DNA of 64,000 bases from positions 10,044,001 to 10,108,000 of the forward strand of contig NC_135251.1 of NCBI RefSeq assembly GCF_964204865.1, in the 5' to 3' direction. Below, in pieces: positions 37,919 to 50,601 of this stretch; position 1 is the stretch's first letter, and every line of letters starts with the position of its first letter. Below the pieces are notes generated by a model, which was not told where the DNA came from, made no database searches, and saw only the letters and a program-made list of their open reading frames with translations. Origin of the DNA: Styela clava (Eukaryota). A program made the position numbers and the translations under genes.

Positions 37919-38907
37919 TTCTAGGCGAAGATCTAAATATCACAAACACGTTTAAATTTTTTCAATAACAACACGCATAGTTACTATAAGCAAACATAGA
38001 TGAAACGTTATCACTTTGTTGTCAGTATTACATGCATATGCCGCCTACGTCTTGAATAGTAACATGTAGGATGTGATATTGAAAGGTTAAAATAAACATG
38101 CTTCAATTGTATAAATACAATTCACTTTTGAATGGTTTTGACACTTTCTTTCCCACTATGTGCTAGGCTTTAGAAAGCAGTCATCTGTGATTACAGAGTT
38201 GTAATTGTATTGTGATATGTACGGTACATATCACCTACTCCCTGAATGAAAAGTCGCGTGTAGGGCGGTTTATTTAATGTCAGAATAAGAACAATAGAGC
38301 ATTGCTCAAATATAATATTTTGTGCTCTATAATAAAAAGTTGCCGTGATTCAAAATAAAACAGCCAATTCAGGGTGAAATATTGGGCTTTGATATATAAT
38401 AGCCTCGATATCGACACCCACTAATACAACAAACAAACTCCGCATAGACAAAACGTAATCATCATTAGCATGACATTCATATACCACCTACTCTTTGATA
38501 GTAACATATATGAAAAGATATTGAGAGTTCAAATAATAAACATACTTCCATGATATCAACATCATTCAGTTTTTTCAGTGGTTTGATACATTATCTCTCA
38601 CTCTTTATTGTGGTTTAGACCAGCAGTCACCTACGAATATAGTGTTGTTGTTATGTTAATGTATGTCACCTGTACATCGAATAGTCGCATGTATCGCAAG
38701 CACAGCGAGTTGAGATTTGGCAGTTAAAATTTTTATCAACCTGTCGGAGTTCAATTCAGTGCGATTCGCTGGCCCTACTGCGTGAGTTAGCAGTTTCAAA
38801 TTCTTTCAGAAAACATAAAGTGAAGGAGAATTGTAGGATCAAGATAGTTTTGTAATCCTAGAATTACAGTCCACATTCCGTTTTCAAATTGAAGCAATAG
38901 TTTAAAT

Positions 38908-39143
38908 CAGAGTTTCCCAAACTTTTTAGGCCGCGGACCCCTGTTGGTGAATCTTGTTTCTGACGGGCCTTAATCCTATGTCGTATCAATTTCTGTGCTT
39001 AAACAACGAGGAAGGACGATGTTTCCGTTGACGAAAGAAAACTCAGGGAAGTCTGAAGTCTGAGACACTTGTCCTATCGTTACGGACCCCTGTGCGTCAT
39101 CACGGACCCCCAGAGGTCCGCGGACCCCAGTTTGGAAACCCTG
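38908..39143. mobile_element. 236-bp hAT MITE
   Basis: TIRs CAGAGTTTCCCAAACT / AGTTTGGAAACCCTG, with subterminal CGGACCCC repeats. TSD GTTTAAAT / GTTTAATT (7 of 8 match). Confidence 0.85.
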
Positions 39144-39997
39144 GTTTAATTGATTTCAAGTTGGACTGACCTTTTGCCACTGTTGCGCGGAAGTCTGAAT
39201 TCCAACTCAGATCGAGTCAAGGGTCAACCTAGTTCCGAGTCAAGTCAATTACTAAGTTTAATCTCACTTGCGGATAGTGGAGTACGATTCATTTTTAATA
39301 AATGCATGAAGTCTTTGATAAATGGTGACTCGAGCTCTCTCAGAACTGCCTGTCGCAGTAGTTTGGTTCACGTATAGTCACTTATCAAAAGCAATTTATC
39401 TATACAACTAGTATCAAACCATTTACCGGTCTATACCGGAAATGAGACTTGACCACGTGCTTCAAATCTTACTTAAAGCTTTGAGTTACTTCAATGAATT
39501 TACGTTACGAGTTTTGTCATTTGTTTGTACCATGACGGGGTTAAAATATATATATATCTATTTGCCTCTGTTCTCATGCGCGTGTTGTCTGTCTAACAAT
39601 CATTTAGGCTCTTCTTTGCCAGGTAAATATAAAATAAATGAATAAGATTGTCTTTGGGAATATCGAGAGTGTCTTTACATTGCTCGTTAAATGGCTGATG
39701 GAGTATGGACATGGCGTGGTGGCAGAGTATCATTCGAATGATCCGGATTAGAATGGTAAAAGAAACAATGTTCAGTGGTCTAACCGAACTCGGTTCATCC
39801 AATACGGCGGTAAAACATCTGCGGCTGTGAGATTTCAAAATTCTGTAATCGTTTTGCATTTCCGTCATTTTCCCCCGCTGCATCTTTTTATAATCGCTTC
39901 GCATCTCATTTCCGCCATTTGGTCATGCTGCAGCTGGTGCGTGCGTGCGCAAGCTTCGTATTAGTGAATAAAACCATTTTTTATGATTTAACTAACC

Positions 39998-40100
39998 CAT
40001 TGGTTCTCAAAGTGGGCGAAACGGCGCTGAGTACAAATTGGGCAATTGGGGGGCGATGACAATTAAACTGGGCAATTGGGGACTTCGAAAACAAGCCATA
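39998..40100 (+). mobile_element. Left end of a hAT element related to 36445
   Basis: CATTGGTTCTCAAAGTGGGCG...GGGGCGAT resembles CAGTGATTCCCAAAGTGGGCG. The right end was not found. Confidence 0.45.
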
Positions 40101-41444
40101 ATATAGTTTTTTTTACTCATTTGTTTTAACCTGGTTTGTTCGTAATTTTGGTGTGGGGGATTCTTTAGACGTATTATACTAAGTTTTTTAAAATTTATTC
40201 CGCATTCTATTGTAATAATACTAGTCTGGCGCACGACAAACGTGTTTTAACGCTTCATTCACCGACAGGGTTGCCATAACAATTTAATAATCCCAGCATT
40301 TTTAAAACAAGTTCGGCTTCAGAATTTCCGTTTGGCTTTTGAATATGAACCACTATGTTAAATTTGCAACAGTTGCCTATCGTTTAGCTACTTTACATTT
40401 GAATTTTCCTAAGCATCGATTTCTTTATTCATTTGCATATCCATAACCATTAAGAAATGAGTCAACAATAAGGTAACAATTGCAATTTCTGCAGCCGCTC
40501 AGAAAGATATTCAAGCAAGTGTTAGTGTTTAGTTGTGTTTTCAAAAAATAATTGGTAATTAAATACTTTAATTGTTATCATGTCTTCCGATGAGCTTTAG
40601 TATAGTTGAAGTAATCAAAATTTAGTCTTGCGAACGCTGCAATAGACTGGGCCAAAATTATTTATTAGTACGGCAGTAACTGTAAGAGGCACGTGGTTGG
40701 ATAATTCTAATAAAAATGATGGATTCAAACATATACACCACTTATAATCGCCAATACTCTAAAACGCTCTCAGAATAGGCATGGAAAATTTCCAATAGTA
40801 AAGTATAAGGAGAATTTTTTCAAGTTTGTCGTATATTGAAGTAGAAACCTTTAGGTATAACTTTTTGCGATGGATTAATGACCCAGTAATATTTTCGAAT
40901 ACATAATTCCTGAGGAGTAACTTATAACTCTTGCGTAGAGCTGGGTATTTCCAATCGAATATTCGGATTGATAGGTAATTAATTTCAATTGATTGATTGA
41001 TCAAGACGATCATTTCGAATGGCCGCTTTGTTTTTTTTTATCCGGCAAAAATCGGAGTTAATACCTCTCTTTTTTATTGAAGCCATATTTTTAAAATGCA
41101 ATTGTGACTCATGGCTCTTTTTGTCTTAGTGAGTTATTGACGAAACATGTTTCTGATTGCGTGTGAACACTCAGCACTCACTCAACTGAATGAGTGATGG
41201 ATTCTATAGTTGTCAGTAATTCAAAAGTCACAAACAAATTTGTCGTATTAATTTCAATATTTTCCAAGTATTTGAAAATCGATAAAATATCCGATTCGTT
41301 TCTGACATGATCATCTAGTACTTGATCCTGTAAGCAATTTTCTTAGTCGCCCTGATCTCTTGAAGATTTATGCTTAATCTCATTTTATCCTTGATTGTTT
41401 TTATAGAAACTAATTAATTAGTTTCGGTCTATCTAAACGTGAAC

Positions 41445-43979
41445 ATGCAATTTTTCAAAGCTATTGTTGTTATCTCTTTCATCTGTAGCTTGTGTGCAGA
41501 GAAAAAATTACCGGGTAAGATTTCTGTAGGATATATTCACTTATTAGATTTCGTAATAACTGTTTGCTGGCAATCTTTGCCTATGTTAATCCCTGGCTTC
41601 TGGTATCAAAAATGCTTAATATAAGACAATTTTGATCTAAAAAATATGACATTAAACCAGTGGCCTGGCCACACCTCGGATTTTGGCGCAGAGTGATCTT
41701 CTTTCATTTATCACTAAAATATTCAGTTTAAATTTTTACAGCTAGAGCCTGCGTTTCCAAGATCGTCAAGGGAAAACTCGTTCAAGTTGGAGATTGTGAG
41801 GTAAAACAAAATTTGATTTTTTTCTTATAACTTTGAGGTATTAATTGTTATTGTGCAACGAACCGAGGCTTGTTTGGTCGGCATTGGCGACCCAGTATTT
41901 ACACTGTTATCTTGGTGAAGGCATTTGGACCCGAAATCTTTATCTTTCGATGCTAAAACTGTTGGCACCATCAGAGCTCTAGCTACCGCCCAAACATTTT
42001 GATCCCAATGAGGATTGGCTGTTCCGACTTCTGCATGTCACACAAATATTATATTCTAAAACAACTTGAATTTTATAATATTTTTATTAATCATCCTAAT
42101 TTTGTATTTATTTTACAGAAAAACGATGGATTTGGTAAGTTCAATCCTTGATTATTTTGGGTTCAAAAATACTTAAATTAATATTTTAGAACCTGAGCGT
42201 CATCTTGGACATGGGTTATAAAAACAGAAATATTTAACCAGTAAAAGTCCGTATTTGCAACTCTTATAAAACAATATTTTGTTTCTCCTTAGTAGAAGAT
42301 ATTTTCAATGGGCAAAGTTATTTGACAGGAAAAAGCTACGGACATTATAATATAACGAAAACTAAATGACTATATGACAAAATTTCAAGATATCTATTTT
42401 CTTCCAGAAATCGCCAGACTCATTAAAAAGAGCCTCGATGAAAAGAAACAAGCCATAAAAAATGCTCAAGGTAATTGATATTGTGTTGTTGCTAACTGGA
42501 ATATAAAATCTGCCACGCCCATCAAAGATTTTCATGGCTCATGGTATTAGATTCAATTTACTGAAGATTTTAAGTATTGGACCCTCGCTGGGTGTAAACT
42601 GGGTGTATGAAGGAAGTCTCACTTAACTAACAGACCGATGAAATTTGAACTTTTAATCCCATATACGTTGAAGTTTTTCTTAACTAAAAGTGTTTCGTTT
42701 TTTGAATTAAAATATTCAACGACCACAATAATGGTTTCAGAGAAATGTGATGTCACATACGATTTCAACTGCTTCCACGTATTCGTGTATAATACAAATA
42801 ACATCACTTTCACCCATTCTAAATCAATTTGCAAATCAATGAACGGCGGAAAACCGTCGAATATTTACGACATCAAGCAATTACAATTCTTGCTCACATA
42901 TCTACGTTCACGTATCCCTGCTGGTGGGTCTTGGATTGGTATTTCGACCGGGATGCAGTATAAGATCAGTTTTATATGTCACAAACTGAAAATTCGAGTA
43001 ATCAGCGGAGTTCGACTCTTTTTTGCAAATTTCACTGGGTCAAAGATTCAAAGGAAATAGTTTTATCATTTCCATCGAATATGTCAGTTACATTAACACT
43101 TCATGCAGACCGACATTCAAATTTGAACAGTCAATTTTAATCCGTTTTTAATTGTTGAAAGCGTGAAAGTACAATTTGTATTTGTATCTTTGTTCCAAAC
43201 ATTCCCGTTTAAAATGTTACAAAATTGAATACGGGCACATTTTCTGTTAATTTTGAGAACTCTAAAGTTTCAATCTCAACAAATTAGAATTGCGAGCTAT
43301 TGAAGAAAGTCTTCATATTTTAAAAAGAATAGGAGAATGATAATAAGATTTTCTGTACTAATTTGTCTACTCAACATGAATTTTTAGTATTCCGGATTTT
43401 TTTTTACATCGTAGAGTTAATGATTTTAAGGAAAGAAATGGTAATTTCAATCATAACTAATATTTTATTCAGTATTATTCGGGCCATTAATCCTCCCCAC
43501 CTTGCAACTAGTATTGTGACTTCACGTTTTGTGGTGTCATGGTGTTTTAAAACAGCCTTGGGATTTTTTAAATTAGTTTTGGGTTTTAATTGTCAACTAA
43601 TATACTTGTGGGATTAGCACAAGCATGTTGCCTGTAACTAATTTTTTTATTTCACCGAAATTTTGGAAATTTGTTCATAAGTTCTTAACGAATTTTAGAG
43701 ATATTAAAATATCTTAAAAATACACCCCATCGTCTAAATTCAGCCCTAATTTGGGCAAAATTGTCGCTACAGAACAATCAGCTTTTGCTTACAAATGGCG
43801 GAGGAATTACTGTTTCCACTGAATCATGGCGGCCTGGTTACCCGGTAGCCAATGCAACATGGTACTTGTCGTACACAAATGTTGTTCTTGCTGTTGCAAA
43901 AGATCCAGATCATAAAGACCAGGGGATATTTAATTATCGACCATCTTTTGAGTTCAACGGAGGCATCTGTGAAATATAG
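41445..43979 (+). CDS. Secreted C-type lectin-domain protein (~212 aa), six exons; intron-5 donor mutated, so possibly a pseudogene
   Basis: Exons 41445-41514 (signal peptide MQFFKAIVVISFICSLCA..), 41742-41800 (ARACVSKIVKGKLVQVGDCE), 42119-42134 (16 nt, KNDGF), 42408-42470 (helical neck), 42741-42964 (CDVTYDFNCF..SKSIC..GGKP..IGISTGMQYK), 43773-43979 (NNQLLL..WRPGYP..QGIFN..GGICEI*). CTLD Cys and W-x-P-G-x-P pattern present. Phases are consistent. Confidence 0.85.
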
Positions 43980-45299
43980 ACCAAACAGACCAAAATCTGA
44001 CAGAACTTCGTTCCAGGATTGATTGAGACAAATTACAAAAATAAATAAAAGACTTGAATTTTACTGTAATAAATATAGATAACATTGCTATGATTCATTT
44101 TATTATAGCTGTTGACTTTATATAAAAATCTAAATATTGTTGGCCCATTTCCGACTATGTGCAAATTGTAATCGCCCTTTAAATTCTCCAAACCTAAAAT
44201 ATTCTTCACTGATACTAAATCGCATATTTTACGATGTCTGTATTACAGGCATAATGTGATAACGGAAGACAAATTTACTTTTTTAAAAAGATTAAATATG
44301 TATTCCACTGTAAAATTGATCTTCGATTAAAATGAGACAAAATTAAACATGATACAAGCATGTGTGTCGTAATAAATAAAACTTGTTTCTACTCATTATA
44401 TTATTCCTATATTATTATCAACTGTATAAAACTGCCTTGAATTTGTATGCTTGCATATTGGAACCATTGGCTCAAAAATAGTCTCATTCCTTATGCTATC
44501 TATATATATCTAAACATACTAATAAATTTTGATTTGAACCTGGTGGATTTCCTTTATTCTTATTCTACACCCTTTTGAGTTAGGTATTTGAGACGAGTAT
44601 GATACCTGAATACCGAGTCTGAGCTCAGTAGAATTATTTGCGGTTAATTATTAAAAGGAAATATGTAACTTAAAGCATTTTAATTTGTATCAGTTTTTTG
44701 TTGTATGTATAGACAAGTTCTTATACAAACCTTCGATATGAATAACTTTACTTTAACTTTATGGAAACCTATTTGAAGCAATTAAAATATTTTGTGGTGA
44801 TATAAACCTAACCTGATCTAATATAGGATGAATATGACAATAAAAAAAATTTGAGTATGATAAATAATATATGTGCAGTATGTTTACAATGGTATGACAG
44901 AGAATACATAAGTCCTGCAGATATGTGTAGTTGAAATGTCACAAATGACAATTTGATATCAAATCGCTCGAATCATGTCTTATGCACTCGATTACTTTAC
45001 ATCTCTTCACATCTCACCGTTTCATTTCAATCGAAATAGGAAAGAAACCTAAAATAAAATGTCTATTTTATTGTGATTTCTGACTCCGACCATCCCTAAT
45101 TCACAAACCTTTTTTCAACCGTCATTTTTAAGCCGTTAACAAGAGCATCCCAACAAGCTGTCAGTGGGCAGCAGAGTTGCGTTATTTTGCCGGTGGTGAT
45201 TCTTTATACTTGGAGAGTTAATACTTCAAACTGATTTAACAAATAAAAGCAAAGTTTTTTGAGTGACGTAGCTCCACAACATTTACGAAAAAAACTGAT

Positions 45300-45860
45300 A
45301 AAAAATCATGCATAGGTGATGAGAGCACGCGTTGTGATGAAGGAAGCAACAAATACTCTTTATCTGGTTGTATATATGCTTGTTAATCTCATTTCTAAAT
45401 TATGAACTTTCTTAAGTCTTGTAACAGCAGTATCCTGACTGGTGAATCTAGTAGTTTGTTTATTTCTCTGAAGGTTACAAAATATAAATCCGACGTAAAA
45501 TCTCTGTCAGCGGTGAAGCAGAAGTCGCACTGATATAGCAATAAGAAAAATGAAAGATTTTGTCGCAATGATCTTTTCTTGAAAAGTAACTAATACATGA
45601 AAGTAATTGATAATGTTTAATACAGTGATGTGTGTGTTTTCTTTGAAATTACCAAGGCGTTGTTTTGAAGGTGAATAAATTCAATTTTGATTGTTTTATG
45701 TTTTCACTATTTGGAGGAATTTTTATTGCTTTTTCAGAGCTTTTTACATATACTTTTGAAAATGCCATTAGTATGTTTTTGCATTGTTGGCACGTGGAAG
45801 TATTTTGTTTGTTAATTTGTCGATTCAGCACGCGAACCAAAAGAGGTTGCCGACCCCTAC
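45300..45860 (+). mobile_element. hAT relic with decayed transposase C-terminus and right TIR
   Basis: ..LTGESSSLFISLKVTKYKSDVKSLSAVKQKSH* (stop at 45533), the typical Buster-type 'Q.SH*' end. Ends AGAGGTTGCCGACCCCT. Homologous to 9780-10212. Confidence 0.7.
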
Positions 45861-46272
45861 ACAATACTGTTTTATGAGCCGACATTACACATCTGATGTC
45901 AGTGGATTTTTGATAATATAGACTGTGACAGTTGATAATAAAAATTGTCTCATGTTTTCAGTACATATAGCATGACATATAAATTTTTGTTTAACTGTTG
46001 CCCAACTTTTATTATTTTTTTTTTTAACTGTTTGGCGAAAATTGTTCTTTTCGCAGATATTTGTACTTGGGATTCTATAACGAAACATTACGAGTATTTT
46101 GACAAACTTAACCTCATAATGGGGTAAAATTTAACATTCGCATAAATAGGTCCGTGGAAAAAAACAAATTCATTCAACTATTTTAAAATAATGTTATCCT
46201 TAGTACGTAGAGTAAAGTAATCTCAGTACGGAACAATATAAAAATATTCATTTGTGCAAATATTGAGCATGG

Positions 46273-49200
46273 TTAAATATAGAATGGATCTGCTACAAAA
46301 TGCACTTGATTTGTTGATGAACCCTGATTTAATCCCTCTGTAACTACTTCATACTGTCTTTTCATGGCATTGATTTGAATTTGGCGATTGATTTGTATTG
46401 CTGAAAAGTAAAAAATAGTTGAGAAAAAGTAAAAATTGAAAATTTCGAGTACAGAAGTTTTAAAAAAGAATATATTTATGAAAAATTCATAAAATGTTTA
46501 AACATGGGAACTGGTCTGTGGAAATGGCTTCTGTTGATAGAGAGTAGAAACAGTCAAATGTTTATCTACATTATTGATGCATAGCAAAAAATCACAGAAT
46601 GTCGAATAACATAAAAATAAATGTCAGTTCTAAAACGATGATTTGATCTATATTCTTATAATTCTTCAGAAGTAATGTATGACATAATAAATCGTATACA
46701 ACTTGAATTTTCAATGCAACCATTCTCTGTTTACAGAAATTTCCGTCTTGTTTCTATACAATTAAATATTTTAACTAAATTCACCTTTAATCTGCATATT
46801 GTATATGCTAACGAATGGTAAATTCGGTCCTGTGAAAGTAAAAATTGGAGTTAGATTTCGGATTCAATGACATTGAGAGTCTCCCATCTCATATAAAAAT
46901 TCACACTTTTGTCCTCATATTTTTTGCATATTGAGAAATATAACAAAAACTAAATTGAAATGATATTGAAACGTCCATCTACTCGAAGAAACCTATTTGC
47001 ACGATAGGTAAGTTTTTCCCTGGAATAATATCGAGGTTATAATATTGGATAAAATTTTGGCAATTACAAATTTATATATTAACTTTAATATTTTATTTGA
47101 TATAGAATTAATAATAACGATATTCTATGCACTTACTTCCATATTATGCTAACTTTTGAGTGTATTTCGCTTTATATTGATATATTTTATAAGTTGACAT
47201 TAAAAAATAATACTGTCAACATACAATTAAATGCAAGTGTCCAAGTGTTTAGAGCAGTGTTTCCCAACCCGAGTCCGCGGTCTCAAAAAAGTCCTCGGAG
47301 CGTTTGAATGAGTCCGCAACGAGCCAGAAATTCACTGCGGGCGCAAACGTTTTTATGAAAGTTAACATCAGCCAAGTTACGATTTACGTTAAAATTCACA
47401 TAAAACATAAAATGCAAGTTTATTCACATAACATTAATCAAGTCAATTATTACTAGTTACTGAGTATGACTGGGCATATATTCGAATATTCAACTATTAG
47501 ATTAGCAATTCACTATTCGAAAATTTGTTACCAGGTGACGCGCGACTGGTCAAAATGATTGGATTTCGCAACTCACTAGCGAATTTCCGACGAAAACACG
47601 AGCAGACGCGTGGTGTTTCTCGCGAGTTCGAACAACGAGAAATAAATTTTTTTTAGTAGGTGTCACTGGTGGCAACCCAAATTTTCTAAATTGAAATGCT
47701 GCAATACGAAATACTAAAAATAAAAGGGAGAACACCATAACTTTTGTTTTGTGATTGTATGCGACCGATTAAAAACGCTTCTTTAGAAATTGCAAATCGC
47801 AAACTTTCGGTGATACTGTAGTAATATGTGCCAGGGCAGTTTCCCTTAGGCATCCACATTGGTACGTGTACAGTACTGGAGCGCCGAAAGTGTTGTACGA
47901 ACAGCTCAGATTTGTTAACTTCACAATAATACGAATCAAAACCAAATATAATCGGGAACTTTACAACGCATTTTGTGTCAATATTTTTACAATATTTTTA
48001 ATAAGTACTAAATCAAGTTGTATTTTCTGGAAATTTATAGCAGATAGGATTTTTCCAACGACGATAACAAATTGGCAAGATCTCCAAAAATATGTATCAA
48101 AATAAATATAATCGTGCAATATGTTAGCAGATTGCATTTTAAAGAAGTAATGCTATCATCTTGTCATAAGTCGACGCAACCGCGAGTTACCATGAACACA
48201 ATTAAAATAGAAAGACATTTTAAATTCTCCTCGTTGTCATGGATTGAATATAGTGCGACAGAAAAGGCCATTACAGTATACAATAAAAAAGTCGGCTCTT
48301 TTTAACGGACGCGTAATTGCGTCGAATTTTCGATTTTAAAATTCGTTCAAATTCCGTTGTGTTTGATTTTATTGCCTATTCACACAGAGTACGGTTGCAA
48401 TAAACGCACCTTGAGTCCGCATAGGTTTTTGCCGGTGAGAAATTAGTCCGCGACCAAAAATGGTTGGGAAACGCTGGTTTAGAGACAATGACTCGTCACT
48501 CACGAAAGTAGATTCCAGTCGAGACAAAAGTTGACATGATGAATTCGGTAGACACGAGAGATGCCACTACAATTAAATTGGTTTCTGAATGAGATTAAAC
48601 AATAAATTGAGGTTAATGTAACAAAACTGATGCATGGGATGAAAAAGAACTCAAAGTCAGTGTTGAGATATTTCATATTAATCTGTAAATACCCTGGTGA
48701 AATATGAACCTGTGTTTACTTTTTTCAGTCACAATCTGACCAGCGATTCCTTTTGTTGAATATGTTGTAACTATGCTCTGTACAATATGAAAAGGTAAAT
48801 GACTGATATAAGCATATCAGAAATTCAGAATGGAGAATTTATGAAGCACTGATTTATATTTTTAGGTAGTCGCAAACTATCACTTAAGATACTTGACACA
48901 AACCAGAATGAATTGACAAGTCGTTTATGGCTGCCATCAACGTGTAATAATCCTTCGTTTGAGCAGCATACAAAGCTTAATACATAAATATAAAATTGCA
49001 TTTATTTTGAATATAGGTATATAAATAGGTATCAAATAAAATGTAATCACTATATTACCAATAGTTTAGCTTGCCTCAAATTAAAATACTATTCAGAACT
49101 TCGAATGTCTCCCATTAATTTTCTGATCAAGAAGTTTCGGTAGAATGTTGCATATGCTTTTTTTATTTATTATTGATAAAAACTACTTGACTACAAAAAA

Positions 49201-49293
49201 AACATTCTTCAAAGTCTCACCTCCTCCAACCACCAATCCATGAGTTGTTGAATAAACTTGTAGAAAACTCCAAATTAACAGTAATATTATCAT
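46273..49293 (-). CDS. Family paralogue E: intact 132-aa secreted protein
   Basis: Exons 49293-49221, 48975-48904, 48584-48504, 46829-46785, 46400-46273; all phase 1. MIILLLIWSFLQVYSTTHGLVVGG-ALYAAQTKDYYTLMAAINDLSIHS-ETNLIVVASLVSTEFIMSTFVSTGIYF-RPNLPFVSIYNMQIK-AIQINRQIQINAMKRQYEVVTEGLNQGSSTNQVHFVADPFYI*. Confidence 0.85.
47255..48476. mobile_element. 1222-bp non-autonomous hAT element in intron 3 of paralogue E
   Basis: TIRs CAGTGTTTCCCAACC / GGTTGGGAAACGCTG. Perfect TSD GTTTAGAG. Empty site in paralogue F at ~51535-51550. Confidence 0.93.
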
Positions 49294-50601
49294 AATGAAT
49301 GAAAAATATTCTGAAGGCAAGCAGCACAAAATCATCGATTACATATTTCTACCTCGCGTTCGAAGGCAACCCGGATGTGCGTCTTTCCGTACATATTTCC
49401 CAATAGCCTACGTATTTCGAACAATTTTTATTTTAATTTATATGCGTGTGTAATTATTTTTGGTTTTGAACCAAATAATTCTAATTGTTTCAATAATTTT
49501 AATGCATCAACTCGATACTTTGCCATGCAACTGTTAACAGTATGAATAATTACACGGTCCCAGTCGCCATTTGAATGGCCACCACCTTGGAGAAAATATT
49601 TTATATTTTTCTGTTCAGTAGAATTCCCAATAAAAAAAAATCTCGCTCATTACAACGTAGAAAAAAAAAATATTTTTAATATCATTTCAAGGAAATAATG
49701 CATTCTACTCTTTTTTAGTTTATTGACACTCTTTTTCAGATATAGAAAGACGCTAATATGAGTGAAGAAAAAAAAAATTGGAATTTTGGTTAGAAATTGA
49801 TATAGCAATTTGATATAGCAATTATTTTGATTTTTATTGATTTAATCGACTCGATTTTTTATAAATATCCAGATAAAATGCAACTCAAACTAAGTTTTGT
49901 TTCATTTTATTTTTTTTTTGTTCGAATCAAAATTCCAAAAAACTCAACCTCAATCTAAAATTAGAAATCTCAGTTACGAGAGAATAAAGCGCCGACGAGT
50001 GATATGATCAGTTATTTTTCAGATATGTTTGTATTTTCCAGTAGTCTGTATTTCCTATCCTGCATTTCATTCTAGCTTTTCCTTGGGTATAGTAACACAA
50101 TATTATGTTACTGATTTGCAGAGGAGAACCTGATGGCACTATAGTATAAACTGTTTTATGAGGCGGGGACACACATCTGCCGTGATTGCGGTTTATAGTG
50201 GCAGTTGGTAAGAAAAAATAGAGTCAATTGACCTCATCTTTCCCTGCGTTCAGTACATGTAATATAATTTTCGTTTAATAAATTTTAACAAATAAATTTT
50301 TTGCTCAACCTTTGCCCAACTTTTGGTCTTTTTTCAAACCTTCAACGAAAAATGTTCCATTCACAGATAACTGTATTTCGGTTTCAACAATAATAAAAAT
50401 TTCTCGATATGAGAAAAATTGCGAGAATTTAAAAAAAACTTAATTTGAACATTGGTATAGAGATAGATGGAGGAATGTGGTAAAAACACGAAGTCTTTAA
50501 ACTATTGTAGAATACTCTTATTCTTTCTATAGAAATACAAGATAATATAAAAATATTTATTTGTGCAAATATTAAACATAATTAATTATAAAGTTAATCT
50601 G

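Noticed and set aside
34600-42970. AT-starting introns in D and the lectin as U12 (AT-AC) introns
   Set aside because: They lack the ATATCC 5' consensus and end in AG. The paralogous intron in A, B, E and F has GT.
47137-47148. 12-nt AG|CATAATATGGAA|GTAAGT 'poison micro-exon', also present in F (~51430-51441)
   Set aside because: It would add an in-frame TAA, but it has no polypyrimidine tract and its conservation is explained by the recent E/F duplication. Only junction reads could revive it.
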